Shown: positions 50,044 to 62,047, numbered from the stretch's first letter. The stretch is DNA of 64,000 bases from Methanomethylovorans hollandica DSM 15978 (GCF_000328665.1 NC_019977.1:1852011-1916010), one strand, 5' to 3'. Notes: a model not told the origin generated them from the letters alone. Numbers and translations: made by a program.

Positions 50044-51540
50044 ATGGTAATTCCTGTATTATTGAAATTCCTGGTCTTTATCATAAGCCTATCAATTTCA
50101 GGGTGTGTTTCACCTAGTGACCAGCCTGTTGATACTGTCACAAATATCAATGTGCCAACGGGACCCATTGCATACGTAGATACAGACGGAAATGCAAATT
50201 ATAACTGTGATGGAGTAAATGACCATGTGGAAATCAACAAAGCACTTGAATATATCAATAGTATTGGCGGTGGAACTGTATACCTGAAGGGGCCAAATAC
50301 ATACTGGATAGATGGTACCCTGAAGATGGGATCAAACACCGTCCTTGCAGGAGATTCCAGTGCCTGTATCAAGCTCATACCAAATGCCGATTGGGGCGAC
50401 TATGTGCCTTTGATCACCAACATGGAAGATGCAAATAAGAATTTTACAATCAAAGGATTCATAATAGATGGAAATAGTGAGAACCAGTCCGTTCCCCGGG
50501 GTTCAGGATACTATGACATGATCTATTTCCACAAATGTACTGACATAACTGTCACAAACATGCGTTTGCGATGGGGCACAAGTGATGGCCTGATTGTTAG
50601 GAACTACTTCCATGATATTCCTTCTAATATCGTTTTCGCGAATAATTCAGTATATAAGCTTGGACATGAAGCCTTGTATACCCTGGGACTTAATGGAGTT
50701 ACAGTAGCTAACAACAATGTGTTCACGAGGACTAACACCGCCTTCAGACTATCAAGTTCAGGCCACGCTAAGATCTACAATAACATCATCCATTCAGAGA
50801 TACAGGACTGGTCAACCGGACCAGGCATCGAGATCGACAAGAGTGATGGATACGAATCCGAGAATATAGAAATATACAGAAATCGGATCCACACCCTTAA
50901 TGGTGCTGCTATCTGGATATTTGGAGAGGACACTGATAATGTAGTACGTGGCAAGGATGTGTACATACATCACAATATTATATATGATGTTGGCCAATAC
51001 GATAAGTTTACCGGCTACAGCAACGCAGCGATCGTGATAGGACAGTTCAATAATACAGTAATAGAGAACAACGTCATTCATAATGGAGGCCATGCAGGAA
51101 TTAAATACTACCAATACCCGAACACAGCCAGCATGAATGAATCGTTCACGACCATTGTCAGGAACAATGTTATATTGGGCTCTAATAAAAACAATGACAG
51201 GGGATTGTGGAACACTGATGAAATAAATCACACGTTCATATCAAATAACAACTGCATATACAATGTGGACCTGAACTATGATGGGGACGGTATAATCCAC
51301 AAAGATGATATATATGTTGATCCACTGTTCGCCGACATGGCAAAACGTGATTACCATCTGAGAAGTGCTGCAGGCCGTTGGTCCGGCAATTCATGGATAA
51401 GTGATTCTGTAACAAGCCCGCTTATAGATGCTGGATATCCCGCATCGGGCTTCAGCCGGGAACCAGAACCCAACGGTGGTAGAATAAACATAGGCAGATA
51501 TGGCAATACTAATGAAGCTTCCAAGAGCCCTTCGAGATAA
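50044..51540 (+). CDS. Right-handed beta-helix lipoprotein (disaggregatase-related)
   Basis: Lipobox-like ISGC; CDGVNDHVEINKAL, GGGTVYLKG, Asn-ladder repeats and DYHLRS...SPLIDAG...NIGRYGNT. Confidence 0.82.
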   Translation: MVIPVLLKFLVFIISLSISGCVSPSDQPVDTVTNINVPTGPIAYVDTDGNANYNCDGVNDHVEINKALEYINSIGGGTVYLKGPNTYWIDGTLKMGSNTVLAGDSSACIKLIPNADWGDYVPLITNMEDANKNFTIKGFIIDGNSENQSVPRGSGYYDMIYFHKCTDITVTNMRLRWGTSDGLIVRNYFHDIPSNIVFANNSVYKLGHEALYTLGLNGVTVANNNVFTRTNTAFRLSSSGHAKIYNNIIHSEIQDWSTGPGIEIDKSDGYESENIEIYRNRIHTLNGAAIWIFGEDTDNVVRGKDVYIHHNIIYDVGQYDKFTGYSNAAIVIGQFNNTVIENNVIHNGGHAGIKYYQYPNTASMNESFTTIVRNNVILGSNKNNDRGLWNTDEINHTFISNNNCIYNVDLNYDGDGIIHKDDIYVDPLFADMAKRDYHLRSAAGRWSGNSWISDSVTSPLIDAGYPASGFSREPEPNGGRINIGRYGNTNEASKSPSR

Positions 51541-51648
51541 CACACAGAAAAGTGGACTACTGTTTGTAAATAAAATTTAAAATTGAAGCACATTTTCTGA
51601 AAGTAGCATAGACTAAACTTTAAGATCAAAAAAGACATTTTCAAATCC

Positions 51649-52884
51649 ATGCAAATCATGCGTGATCATCCCACACTTTGGATAAAGGGCAATACTTCAG
51701 CTTCTCTCAAAGGCAAAACAATAGTACTTGCAGTGACCGGTAGCATCGCAGCCGTACGCACTGTGGAGCTTGCCCGTGAATTGATCCGCAGAGGTGCTGA
51801 TGTATATGCTGTCATGAGCGAGGCTGCCTCATGGATACTTAATCCTATGGCTCTGCACTATGCTACCGGCCATGAAGTGATGACCCGGATTACCGGAGCT
51901 GTAGAACATGTGGAATTCTGCGGTATGAGCGGTAAAGCTGACCTGTTGCTCATAGCCCCCGCAACAGCCAACACCATTGGAAAAATAGCATCGGGAATAG
52001 ATGATACGCCTGTTACGACATTCGCCACTACGGCCATTGGATCAAATATACCTGTAATGATAGTGCCTGCTATGCATGAAGCTATGTATAACCATCCAGC
52101 AGTGGCTGAAAATATAGAGATGATCAAATGTTGGGGCGTAGGGTTCATTGGACCTGACATAAAGGAAGGCATTGCCAAAATAGCCTCTAATGAAGACATA
52201 GTACTGCAGGTGGAAAGACAATTAGGCAGCAAAGAGCTTGCCGGCAGAAGACTTCTCATAACCAGTGGTTCCACAGCAGAACCCATTGATCCGATCCGAA
52301 TACTTACCAACAGAGCATCGGGAAAGACAGGAGTAGAACTTGCTCTGGAAGCTTATCGGCGTTGTGCGGAAGTGACCATAGTACACCGCAACAGAATAGG
52401 ATGTGCAGGTATCAAGGAGATATATGCTGAAAGCGCCTCTCAGATGACAGAAGCCGTTCTTGAAGAACTTGCCTACGGTTGTGATATACTAATCAGTGCT
52501 GCAGCGATAGCTGATTATACCCTTAACTCGGCAGATACGAAAATAAAATCAGGCGGGGAACTTACCCTGCACCTGAAACCGGTGGCCAAGCTTATAAACA
52601 AAGCAAGGGACGAATATCCTGACTTGCTCATTGCAGGCTTCAAAGCTGAAACAGGAACCAGTTTGGACGAGCTTCTTGAAAGAGCAATGCACACCCTTGA
52701 AACTTCAAAGCTCAATATGATAGTTGCAAACGAGGTAGGAAGCAGGGGTATCGGTACAGATGACAATGAAGTATATATCCTTACTCCAGAAGATACCGGC
52801 TACATCCACATAATAGGATCAAAAAGAGTGATAGCTTCTGCATTGCTGGATGAACTGAGCCACTTGCTAATATCAAGGAAGTAA
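51649..52884 (+). CDS. coaBC: Phosphopantothenoylcysteine decarboxylase/ligase
   Basis: VTGSIAA, APATANTIGK, PAMHEAM, IDPIR..TNRASGKTG and GFKAE. Confidence 0.96.
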   Translation: MQIMRDHPTLWIKGNTSASLKGKTIVLAVTGSIAAVRTVELARELIRRGADVYAVMSEAASWILNPMALHYATGHEVMTRITGAVEHVEFCGMSGKADLLLIAPATANTIGKIASGIDDTPVTTFATTAIGSNIPVMIVPAMHEAMYNHPAVAENIEMIKCWGVGFIGPDIKEGIAKIASNEDIVLQVERQLGSKELAGRRLLITSGSTAEPIDPIRILTNRASGKTGVELALEAYRRCAEVTIVHRNRIGCAGIKEIYAESASQMTEAVLEELAYGCDILISAAAIADYTLNSADTKIKSGGELTLHLKPVAKLINKARDEYPDLLIAGFKAETGTSLDELLERAMHTLETSKLNMIVANEVGSRGIGTDDNEVYILTPEDTGYIHIIGSKRVIASALLDELSHLLISRK

Positions 52885-52889
52885 CCGAC

Positions 52890-53771
52890 ATGCAAGAAAG
52901 AAAATGGTCTGCGAAGGCTTTCGCTCCTGCACATATAACCGGCTTTTTTTGTATACACGACCATGAGGACAAGCGCAAAAAAGGGTCCACAGGTTGTGGC
53001 ATTGTCCTTGACAGGGGGGCAGTCACCACTGCGACCTACACAGAAGAGCTTGAAGATACCCTGATATTCCTTAACGGCAAGCAGGTAGACGGCAACACTA
53101 CGAGGACTGTTGTGAACATGCTTACAGATATACCCCTGCTCGTGGAAAGCGTGACGAACATGCCTATTGGATGCGGGTTTGGAGCATCTGGTGCCGGTGC
53201 CCTCAGTACGGCTTATGCAGTGAACGATGTATTATCACTAAACCTTACATCATCCGAAATAATTGAAACTGCACATGTGGCAGAGGTTGTAAACAGGAGT
53301 GGTCTTGGCGATGTGATAGCACAATCCTATGGAGGAGTTGTTATCCGTACCGCGCCAGGAGCACCGCAATACGGAGATGTGGACTGGATCCCTGCCGCAG
53401 GAAAAGAAGTGCTCTGTCTGGCACTTGGAGAGCTCGGCACAAGTTCTATCATATCAGACCCTGATCTTGCCTGGCGCATAAATTCGATGGGAAAAGGTTC
53501 AATGAAAAGGCTCATGAAATCACCTACTTTTGAGACTTTCATGCAATGCTCCCAGGATTTTGCCTTCGGTACAGGACTGGCATCCAATATAGTAACAGAT
53601 ATAATAGAAGCTGTAGGATCTGCAGGGGGCATAGCTTCCCAGGCTATGCTGGGTGAATCTGTTTTTGTAACGGTGGGCCCTGATAGAAGAGAAGCGGTGA
53701 TAGAAGCACTCTCCGAATTTGGGGAGCCTTCAGCATATTATCTCAACAACTGCAGAGCAGGTCTTTTGTGA
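52890..53771 (+). CDS. pok: Pantoate kinase (GHMP family)
   Basis: APAHITGFF, GSTGCG, PIGCGFGASGA, SGLGDV and SQAMLG. Confidence 0.92.
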   Translation: MQERKWSAKAFAPAHITGFFCIHDHEDKRKKGSTGCGIVLDRGAVTTATYTEELEDTLIFLNGKQVDGNTTRTVVNMLTDIPLLVESVTNMPIGCGFGASGAGALSTAYAVNDVLSLNLTSSEIIETAHVAEVVNRSGLGDVIAQSYGGVVIRTAPGAPQYGDVDWIPAAGKEVLCLALGELGTSSIISDPDLAWRINSMGKGSMKRLMKSPTFETFMQCSQDFAFGTGLASNIVTDIIEAVGSAGGIASQAMLGESVFVTVGPDRREAVIEALSEFGEPSAYYLNNCRAGLL

Positions 53772-53868
53772 CAAAAGACCTATTTAACATGTTGTTGCAT
53801 TAAACTCTCAGGCAAATATTATCGAATTAATCTAAAAGGAAGGAATATGGAAAGGGAGACAGAAGATC

Positions 53869-54639
53869 GTGACACATATCCCTGAAGATCATCCAAGATA
53901 TGCATCCCTGATAACCAGGGAAAAGATAGTAGAAGGTGTACAGGTAGGTATCACCAGCCAGCAAGGTCTTGTGGCACAGGGCAGGGGCGAAGCCTTTGAT
54001 TATCTTATCGGTGAACGCACAATAGAGTCTGCTGTAATAGCAGAACGTGTGGCAGTAGCTTATTTGCTCACTGCTGAAAGACCGGTGATATCCATTAATG
54101 GGAACACTGCTGCCCTTGTACCAGGCAGCCTGGTGTCGCTGGCAGATGTATCAGAAGCAGAAATGGAAGTGAATCTGTTCCACCGCAGTGACGCGAGGGT
54201 CCACAGGATAATCGAACATCTGAAGGCACACGGAGCAGGAAATGTACTTGGTGCAAAAGGTGATGCACGACTTGACCTATCACATGACAGGGCTATAGTC
54301 GATCAGGAAGGTATATACGGAGCAGACGTGGTACTCGTACCTCTGGAAGATGGAGACAGGTGCCAGAAACTGGTGGAAATGGGCAAGGTGGTCATAGCTG
54401 TGGACCTGAACCCTCTGTCCAGAACTTCCCTGTCTGCAACTGTGACGATCGTCGATAACGTGACCAGAGCATTAGAGAACATGGTCTATTTCACAAAGGA
54501 AATGAAAAAGGATAATAAAGAACAACTCCGGGGGATCATTGATTCGTACGACAACCGGAAAGTGCTTGCTGATGCAATGTATGCCATCCAGGAAAATCTT
54601 AAGAACCAGGCTGCTCGCGAGGGAATCGAATGGATCTGA
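53869..54639 (+). CDS. pps: Phosphopantothenate synthetase
   Basis: IPEDHPRYASL, GRGEAFDYLIGE, VPLEDGDR and DLNPLSRT. Confidence 0.94.
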   Translation: MTHIPEDHPRYASLITREKIVEGVQVGITSQQGLVAQGRGEAFDYLIGERTIESAVIAERVAVAYLLTAERPVISINGNTAALVPGSLVSLADVSEAEMEVNLFHRSDARVHRIIEHLKAHGAGNVLGAKGDARLDLSHDRAIVDQEGIYGADVVLVPLEDGDRCQKLVEMGKVVIAVDLNPLSRTSLSATVTIVDNVTRALENMVYFTKEMKKDNKEQLRGIIDSYDNRKVLADAMYAIQENLKNQAAREGIEWI

Positions 54640-55271
54640 TTGATCAGACTAGAGAATACGTATCAGAAGTACTCGCAGATGAGCCTAGTAGTCATGACAT
54701 GCATCACATCGAGCGCGTAGAGAAGGTATGTATGCGCATAAGGGAAAAAGAAGGCGGTGATGAACAGGTGCTGCGCCTTGCTGCACTGCTTCATGATGTG
54801 GGTATTGTGAAAGAGCATCAGGAGGGAGGAGACCACGCGCAGTACAGTGCTGAGATAGCACAGGAATTCCTCACTGTCGCTGATGCTGATAAAGATCTTA
54901 TAGAACATGTGACGGCTTGTATCCGGTCACACCGGTTCAGCCGCAGGCTTGAGGCTCAAACACTGGAAGCAAAGATATTGCAGGATGCTGATAGAATAGA
55001 TGCACTTGGTGCTGTTGGCATTTTCAGATCTCTGGTTTCCATGGGTGCTTTGCGTGTCCTGAGGTTAAGCATCGGAACTATTAAGGAAACTTCGATGAAC
55101 GCTTATAATGATGAACCTCTTGAAGGTTTCTATGAGTATATGGAAAAGAAGCCTTTCAAAATACTGGAAAGACTTAACACTGGCACTGCCAGAAAAATAG
55201 CAGAAGAGAGGCTAAAGATTATGCATGCATATCTTGATGCTCTAAAAGAAGAGACCTGCTACATCGAGTGA
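54630..55271 (+). CDS. HD-domain phosphohydrolase (YedJ-like)
   Basis: HDMHHIERV, ALLHDV, DHA, HRF and QDADRIDALGAVG. Confidence 0.9.
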   Translation: MDLIDQTREYVSEVLADEPSSHDMHHIERVEKVCMRIREKEGGDEQVLRLAALLHDVGIVKEHQEGGDHAQYSAEIAQEFLTVADADKDLIEHVTACIRSHRFSRRLEAQTLEAKILQDADRIDALGAVGIFRSLVSMGALRVLRLSIGTIKETSMNAYNDEPLEGFYEYMEKKPFKILERLNTGTARKIAEERLKIMHAYLDALKEETCYIE

Positions 55272-55276
55272 TAAAA

Positions 55277-56578
55277 ATGGCTGACATGATCATAACGAAC
55301 GGGCATATCCTTACAATGGAGCCCGGCAAGGAACGCGAGTTCAGTAAAGGAATGGTGGTTATAGATGAAGGCATCATCACGGAAGTCAGAGAAAAAACGC
55401 AGGAGACTGCAGATATTATAGTGGATGCACAGGGAGGCATTGTTATGCCTGGTCTTGTGAACACACACACTCATGCTGCAATGACACTTTTCAGAGGATA
55501 TGCAGATGATCTGCCCCTTTCCCAGTGGCTTCAGCAGCACATCTGGCCTGCAGAAGCAAAACTTACTGATAATGATATATATAATGGGACTCTGCTTGCA
55601 TGCCTTGAGATGATCAAAAGCGGCACCACTTGCTTCAATGATATGTACTTCCATATGGATGAAACGGCAAAAGCGGTAGAAAAAGCCGGAATAAGGGCTG
55701 CTCTGTCCTATGGAATGATAGAGTTTGGAAATAAGGATAAAGCAGATGCGGAATTGAAGGAGGGAAGCAGGTTCGTGCAGAGGTGGCATGGCAAGGCAGA
55801 TGGCAGGATCACAGCAATGTATGGACCACATGCACCTAATACCTGTTCCAGGGAATTCCTTCAAAGAGTTAAGGATAAAGCGAGAGAGGATGGTGTGAAG
55901 GTACATATCCATGTGCTGGAAACAGAGACTGAACTAAAAGAGATGAAAGAGAAGTATGGCATGTGCTCCATACACATGCTGAATAACATTGACTTCTTTG
56001 ATAGCGATGTTATCGCCGCTCACTGTGTGTGGCTGTCTGATGGAGATATTAAGATACTGGCAGAGAAGGGAGTCAATATATCCCATAATCCTGTGAGCAA
56101 CATGAAGCTTGCATCCGGCATTGCACCTGTGGAGAAGCTTCTGAAAAGTGGAGCAAACGTGTGCCTGGGAACCGATGGATGCGCCTCTAACAATAACCTG
56201 GATATGTTTGAGGAAATGAAAATAGCAGCATTACTGCAGAAGGTCAGCACCATGGACCCTACGGCACTACCTGCAAAAGAAGTGCTGAAAATGGCAACTG
56301 TCAACGGTGCCAAAGCACTGGGGATCAATGCAGGTATGATAAGAAAAGGAGCACTTGCAGATATAATAATAGTTGACAGGAACAAAGCCCATATGAGACC
56401 ATTCTATGATGCTGCCTCTCATTTGGTATACAGTGCCAACGGGCAAGATGTGATGACAAGCATTGTCAATGGCAAATTACTAATGCAGGATTATGAAGTG
56501 CTTTGTATGGATGAGATGAAAATAATAGAGCAGGCAAGTGTGGCTGCAGAGGATCTTATACAAAGAGTAAATGAATAA
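55277..56578 (+). CDS. dadD: 5'-deoxyadenosine/MTA/SAH deaminase
   Basis: [28 protein letters not shown] and GTDG..SNN; next to ahcY. Confidence 0.85.
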   Translation: MADMIITNGHILTMEPGKEREFSKGMVVIDEGIITEVREKTQETADIIVDAQGGIVMPGLVNTHTHAAMTLFRGYADDLPLSQWLQQHIWPAEAKLTDNDIYNGTLLACLEMIKSGTTCFNDMYFHMDETAKAVEKAGIRAALSYGMIEFGNKDKADAELKEGSRFVQRWHGKADGRITAMYGPHAPNTCSREFLQRVKDKAREDGVKVHIHVLETETELKEMKEKYGMCSIHMLNNIDFFDSDVIAAHCVWLSDGDIKILAEKGVNISHNPVSNMKLASGIAPVEKLLKSGANVCLGTDGCASNNNLDMFEEMKIAALLQKVSTMDPTALPAKEVLKMATVNGAKALGINAGMIRKGALADIIIVDRNKAHMRPFYDAASHLVYSANGQDVMTSIVNGKLLMQDYEVLCMDEMKIIEQASVAAEDLIQRVNE

Positions 56579-56613
56579 AATTTTTATCAAATTTGTTTTT
56601 TGGAGATATTAAC

Positions 56614-57849
56614 ATGCACAAAAAAGAACTTATAGAATACGGCGATCAGAAAATAGAATGGGCTCGTGCTCATATGCCGGTGTTGGAAATAATAAGAAAG
56701 AGTTTCGAGAAAGAAAAACCTCTGGAAGGACGTAGGATCGCAATGGCCCTGCATGTGGAGGCAAAGACTGCAGTGCTTGTGGAAACACTGGCTGTAGGGG
56801 GTGCAGAAGTAGCGATCACAGGATGCAACCCTTTAAGCACGCAGGATGATGTATCTGCTGCGCTGTGCACACGAGACAATATCAGCTCATGTGCAAAATA
56901 TGAATGCAGCAATGAAGAATATTATGCTGCGATGGATAAAGTACTCGCAATAGAACCTGATATTACAATAGATGATGGTGCAGATCTCATATTCAAGCTG
57001 CACACAGAAAGACAGGAATTGCTACCCAATATACTGGGAGGATGCGAGGAAACCACTACAGGCATACACAGGCTGAAAGCTATGGAAAAAGACGGAGCCT
57101 TGAAAATGCCGGTTATGGCTGTCAACGATGCTATGACAAAGTTCATGTTCGACAACAGATATGGGACCGGACAATCATCCTGGGATGGGATAATGCGGAC
57201 CACGAACCTGCTGGTGGCAGGCAAGAACGTTGTTGTAGGAGGCTACGGATGGTGCGGCAAGGGAGTTGCCATGCGTGCAAAAGGCCTTGGAGCTAATGTG
57301 ATAGTCACAGAGATAGACCCGATACGCGCCCTTGAGGCAAAGATGGATGGCAATCTGGTGATGCCCATGAAAGAAGCGGCAAAGATAGGTGATATCTTTG
57401 TGACGACTACAGGGAACCGTGATATCATAACCAGGGAACATTTTGAAGTAATAAAGGACGGGGCTATCCTTTCCAACTCGGGCCATTTCAATGTTGAGAT
57501 CGACCTGGAGAATCTGGAGGATATGGCAAAAGGCGTGCGTACTGTGCGCAAGAACATAAAAGAATATGATCTTGGCAGCAGGAAAGTGTATGTACTTGCA
57601 GATGGCAGACTGGTGAACCTGGCTGCAGGCGATGGACATCCTGCCGAAGTAATGGATATGAGCTTTGCTAACCAGGCCCTCTGTGTGAGACACATAGCAG
57701 AGAATAAGCTTGCCAACGGAGTACATGCTGTACCCAAAGAGATCGATATGCATGTAGCCGAACTGAAACTCATGTCAATGGGGGTCGCTATCGACTCACT
57801 GAGCGAGGCACAATGCGAATACATGTGTGGATGGAAGTCTGGAACTTAA
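56614..57849 (+). CDS. ahcY: Adenosylhomocysteinase (SAH/SIH hydrolase)
   Basis: [42 protein letters not shown] and GHP..VMDMSF. Confidence 0.96.
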   Translation: MHKKELIEYGDQKIEWARAHMPVLEIIRKSFEKEKPLEGRRIAMALHVEAKTAVLVETLAVGGAEVAITGCNPLSTQDDVSAALCTRDNISSCAKYECSNEEYYAAMDKVLAIEPDITIDDGADLIFKLHTERQELLPNILGGCEETTTGIHRLKAMEKDGALKMPVMAVNDAMTKFMFDNRYGTGQSSWDGIMRTTNLLVAGKNVVVGGYGWCGKGVAMRAKGLGANVIVTEIDPIRALEAKMDGNLVMPMKEAAKIGDIFVTTTGNRDIITREHFEVIKDGAILSNSGHFNVEIDLENLEDMAKGVRTVRKNIKEYDLGSRKVYVLADGRLVNLAAGDGHPAEVMDMSFANQALCVRHIAENKLANGVHAVPKEIDMHVAELKLMSMGVAIDSLSEAQCEYMCGWKSGT

Positions 57850-58112
57850 AGTAATTACTACAACATGCTGCTGAAAGGAAAAAGGTTACCGAAATAGTTT
57901 AGAGAGGAGAAAGGAATAGAAATAAGTAATGAAACAAACATGAGTAACGCCTGGAATGTTCTTTAATGGTTTGGGATATTGACAGAATATCCATCCCAAA
58001 CCTGTTTAGTCCTGTTGTGTGCCTGCGAAATGTATATATAGAATAAATACGTCTTGGGGGTCTACACCGAACTGATGCGAAAGTGAAAGGCAAAAGGACA
58101 TGCAAACAAGAT

Positions 58113-58189
58113 GGGCTCGTAGCTCAGTCAGGCAGAGCGTCTGGCTTTTAACCAGACGGCCTAGGGTTCAAATCCCTACGAGCCCGCCA
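58113..58189 (+). tRNA. tRNA-Lys(TTT) with encoded CCA
   Basis: GGGCTCG/CGAGCCC acceptor stem, TCTGG-CTTTTAA-CCAGA anticodon arm, TAGGG-TTCAAAT-CCCTA T arm. Confidence 0.96.
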
Positions 58190-58263
58190 TGAAAACCATG
58201 GAGTTATAGTACATGTTTTTTGCCAATTAATCCACGTGCACATTTTTTGAGGGAGGAGAAAAT

Positions 58264-58500
58264 TTGAATAAGTTCAACCTGCTCGACAATGAACTGATCC
58301 CAAAACATGAGATATTGGGTGAGGATGAGTTGAAATCTGTTCTAAAACGCTACAAGATAGAGAGAGAACAATTCCCAAAGATAAAAATCAATGATCCTGT
58401 AGTGCAAGAAATTGGCGCATCGGTCGGAGATGTTGTTAAGATAACCAGGAATAGCCAGACGGCCGGACAGGCACTTTATTACAGACTTGTAATAGAGTGA
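58264..58500 (+). CDS. rpoH: RNA polymerase subunit H (Rpo5)
   Basis: LIPKHEIL, PKIKINDP and GDVVKITRNSQTAG...YYRLV. Confidence 0.96.
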   Translation: MNKFNLLDNELIPKHEILGEDELKSVLKRYKIEREQFPKIKINDPVVQEIGASVGDVVKITRNSQTAGQALYYRLVIE

Positions 58501-58623
58501 GAAAACATCAAATGAGAGCATTTTCTTTTTATATCACAACTGTATCGTGGTTGTGCTACATAATGTTTTTCATACCTTTCTATCAATCAATTAGGTGTAA
58601 TCATCATTTAAGAGGGCAGTAAA

Positions 58624-60240
58624 GTGTCAGAGGCATATTTTACCAGGGACAAAATAGTTCAGCACCATATCGACTCTTATAATAAATTCCTTGAAAGTGG
58701 TCTACAGAATATTATTAACGAACAAGGAATAATTGAGACCGATATAGAAGACGTATATATTAAACTAGGGAACATCAGAGTGGAGAAGCCTGTAGTAAAA
58801 GAAGCGGATGGAGCTATTGAAAAGTTATATCCGAACGAAGGAAGATTGCGCAATCTTTCCTATTCAGCTCCCATATTCCTGCAGATGAGCGTAGTGCAGG
58901 GGGAAGAAGAATCTGAACCTGTGGAAGCAAAGATCGGGCAATTACCCGTAATGATAAAATCCTCAATATGCAACCTTGTGGAACTCAATGAAAAAGAAAT
59001 GATAGATTATGGCGAGGACCCACTTGATCCCGGAGGATATTTCATAGTGAACGGTACCGAAAGGGTTGTTATGACCCTTGAAGACCTCGCCCCTAACAAA
59101 ATACTGACGGAGTATGGCGAGAGATATGGCGACATGATAGAAGTTGCCAAGGTATTCTCCCAAAGAAGAGGCTATAGAGCTCTCGTAGTAGTGGAAAGAG
59201 GACGCAAATCCCTACTGGAAGTATCTTTCCCATCGATATCAGGCCGCATCAATTTTATAACTTTAATGAGAGCATTGGGAGTGGAAACTGACCAGGATCT
59301 TGTAAATACAGTGTCAAGCGACCCTGAGATCATGAAATTCATGCTCGAAAACTTGGAAGAGGCAGAAGTAGCCACTACCCGTGAAGCCATTGAAAAGATA
59401 GGCACAAGGGTTGCGGCAGGTCAGGCCCGTGATTACCAGATGAAACGTGCAAACTATGTAATGGATAGATATTTGCTGCCTCACCTTGGAAATGAACCTA
59501 AGGACAGGTTCGCAAAGGCATATTTCATTGGAAGGATGGCTGAATCCTGCTTTGAACTTGCCCTTGGGAAGCGTTCCGAAGATGATAAGGACCACTATTC
59601 CAACAAAAGGCTAAAGCTGACAGGTGATCTGATGGAAGACCTTTTCAGAGTAGCGTTCAATCGCCTGGCCAGAGATGTAAAATACCAGCTGGAAAGAGCT
59701 AATATGAGGAACCGTGAGTTGAACGTGGTAACCCTTGTCAGGGCCGATGTACTTACTGACAGATTACAACATCCTCTTGCAACAGGTAACTGGGTGGGGG
59801 GCAGAACAGGTGTGTCCCAGCTTTTGGACAGAACAGATTATATTTCAACCCTTTCACACCTCAGACGTGTGATCTCCCCTCTCTCAAGAGCACAACCTCA
59901 CTTTGAGGCTCGTGATTTGCATCCCACACAATGGGGAAGATTATGCCCATCTGAAACTCCGGAAGGACCTAACTGTGGACTAGTTAAGAATTTTGCCCAA
60001 ATGGTAGAATTATCTACTGGTATTGATGATAAAAGCGTTCTTAAGAAAGTACTTCTCGATCTGGAAGTAAAACCAAATATCCCACATCATCTACTGGAAA
60101 AAGTGGTGGAATATGACACAGAACTTGAAGAGTATACTGAAGAATTTGATACAATTCCACATGAGGAAGAGAAGCCTGATTTAGGATATACCGACTATTC
60201 AGATATGGATGATGGAATGGGAGGCTTTGCAGATGACTGA
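58624..60240 (+). CDS. rpoB2: RNA polymerase subunit B'' (Rpo2N)
   Basis: [26 protein letters not shown] and [16 protein letters not shown]. Confidence 0.96.
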   Translation: MSEAYFTRDKIVQHHIDSYNKFLESGLQNIINEQGIIETDIEDVYIKLGNIRVEKPVVKEADGAIEKLYPNEGRLRNLSYSAPIFLQMSVVQGEEESEPVEAKIGQLPVMIKSSICNLVELNEKEMIDYGEDPLDPGGYFIVNGTERVVMTLEDLAPNKILTEYGERYGDMIEVAKVFSQRRGYRALVVVERGRKSLLEVSFPSISGRINFITLMRALGVETDQDLVNTVSSDPEIMKFMLENLEEAEVATTREAIEKIGTRVAAGQARDYQMKRANYVMDRYLLPHLGNEPKDRFAKAYFIGRMAESCFELALGKRSEDDKDHYSNKRLKLTGDLMEDLFRVAFNRLARDVKYQLERANMRNRELNVVTLVRADVLTDRLQHPLATGNWVGGRTGVSQLLDRTDYISTLSHLRRVISPLSRAQPHFEARDLHPTQWGRLCPSETPEGPNCGLVKNFAQMVELSTGIDDKSVLKKVLLDLEVKPNIPHHLLEKVVEYDTELEEYTEEFDTIPHEEEKPDLGYTDYSDMDDGMGGFADD

Positions 60241-62047
60241 AGCAAAAGTGTTTTTGGACGGGGAACTCATCGGTACCCACAGTAATCCACAGGACCTTGT
60301 GGAGAACATTCGCAAACAAAGGAGAAGTGGAGTAATATCCCGACAGGTCAATGTGACCCTTAATGAGGATATCCATGAGGTCATCATTAACTCCGATATA
60401 GGAAGGGCCAGAAGGCCATTAATAGTAGTTCGGGATGGAAAGTCTTTACTGACCGAGGATCACAAGGAGTCTCTGAAGAATAGAGAGACAACCTATGATG
60501 ATCTGGTAAAGGAAGGTGTCGTTGAATATCTGGATGCTGAAGAAGAAGAGAATGCCTTTATCGCCCTTACAGAGCCTCAGATAGTGCCAAAGAACACACA
60601 TCTTGAGATAGACCCCAGTCTTATTCTGGGGATCTGTACAGGCATGGTGCCTTACCCCGAACACAATGCATCTCCTCGTAATACCATGGGAGCAGCCATG
60701 GTAAAGCAGTGTATAGGTGTGTCCACATCCAACACAAAACTAAGACCTGATACACGTGCACACGTTCTGCACTATCCTCAGAAAGCCCTTGTAAGAACCA
60801 TGACCTGCGAGAACATTGCATTTGATGAAAGGCCTGCAGGGCAGAACTTCGTGGTGGCTGTGATGTCATTCGAAGGCCATAATATCGAAGACGCTCTGGT
60901 CTTTAACAAAGGCTCTATTGAAAGAGGTCTTGGAAGAAGCCATTTCATCCGGACGTTCGAAGGCGAGGAAAGGAGATACCCGGGAGGGCAGGAAGACAAG
61001 TTTGAGATACCTGATTCCGAGTATAGAGGAGCCCGCAGTCCTGAAGCATATTCTAATCTGGATGTGGATGGTCTTGTAAACCCTGAAACTTTGGTAGGAC
61101 CAAACGACGTCCTGATCGGTAAGACAAGTCCCCCTCGTTTCCTTGAGGAACAGTCTGATTTTGGTATTACCGTTGAACAGCGCAGAGAAAGCGCAATAAC
61201 AATGCGTTCTAATGAAAAAGGTATCGTTGACACCGTAATTCTCACAGAGTCAATAAATGGTACTCGCCTTGCAAAAGTAAAGGTAAGGGACCAGAGAATA
61301 CCTGAGATTGGAGACAAATTCGCTTCCAGACATGGACAGAAAGGAGTTATCGGCCTTATAGTACCCTACCAGGACATGCCTTTTACAGAGAATGGGATAG
61401 TTCCCGACCTTGTCATCAATCCACATGCTATCCCCTCTCGTATGACTGTGGGACATGTGCTTGAGATGATAGGTGGAAAAGTAGGTTCCATGGAAGGCAG
61501 GCGTATCGATGCAACTGTTTTTGCCGGGGAGAATGAAGAGGATCTGCGTGCAGGCCTTAAAAGACAGGGATTTGCCCATACCGGAAAAGAAGTGTTCTTC
61601 GATGGTGTCACAGGAAAGAGAATACCTGCTGATGTATTCGTAGGCGTTATCCTTTACCAGAAACTACATCATATGGTCGCCTCAAAGATACACGCCAGGT
61701 CCCGCGGGCCTGTACAGGTGCTCACACGCCAGCCAACAGAAGGCAGAGCAAGAGAGGGTGGTCTGAGGTTCGGAGAAATGGAGCGTGATGTTCTTGTTGG
61801 ACACGGGGCTGCCATGACGCTGAAGGAAAGACTGCTTGATGAATCTGACAAGGTTGTTGAACTTGTCTGCGGACACTGCGGTATGATAGCAACCTTTGAT
61901 CGCAAAAGGAACATAAGATATTGCGCAAGCTGCGGCGCTGAAACTGATATACACCCAGTAGAAATGAGCTATGCCTTCAAGCTGTTACTTGATGAGATCA
62001 AGTCGCTGGGAGTTGCACCGAGACTGAAGTTAGACGATGCTGTGTGA
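60233..62047 (+). CDS. rpoB1: RNA polymerase subunit B' (Rpo2C)
   Basis: [31 protein letters not shown] and Zn finger; ATG 60233 after GGAGG. Confidence 0.96.
   Translation: MTEAKVFLDGELIGTHSNPQDLVENIRKQRRSGVISRQVNVTLNEDIHEVIINSDIGRARRPLIVVRDGKSLLTEDHKESLKNRETTYDDLVKEGVVEYLDAEEEENAFIALTEPQIVPKNTHLEIDPSLILGICTGMVPYPEHNASPRNTMGAAMVKQCIGVSTSNTKLRPDTRAHVLHYPQKALVRTMTCENIAFDERPAGQNFVVAVMSFEGHNIEDALVFNKGSIERGLGRSHFIRTFEGEERRYPGGQEDKFEIPDSEYRGARSPEAYSNLDVDGLVNPETLVGPNDVLIGKTSPPRFLEEQSDFGITVEQRRESAITMRSNEKGIVDTVILTESINGTRLAKVKVRDQRIPEIGDKFASRHGQKGVIGLIVPYQDMPFTENGIVPDLVINPHAIPSRMTVGHVLEMIGGKVGSMEGRRIDATVFAGENEEDLRAGLKRQGFAHTGKEVFFDGVTGKRIPADVFVGVILYQKLHHMVASKIHARSRGPVQVLTRQPTEGRAREGGLRFGEMERDVLVGHGAAMTLKERLLDESDKVVELVCGHCGMIATFDRKRNIRYCASCGAETDIHPVEMSYAFKLLLDEIKSLGVAPRLKLDDAV

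Noticed and set aside
58624..62047. Split rpoB as a frameshift or intein
   Set aside because: The B''/B' split is normal in this lineage; B' has its own SD and start; no intein motifs seen
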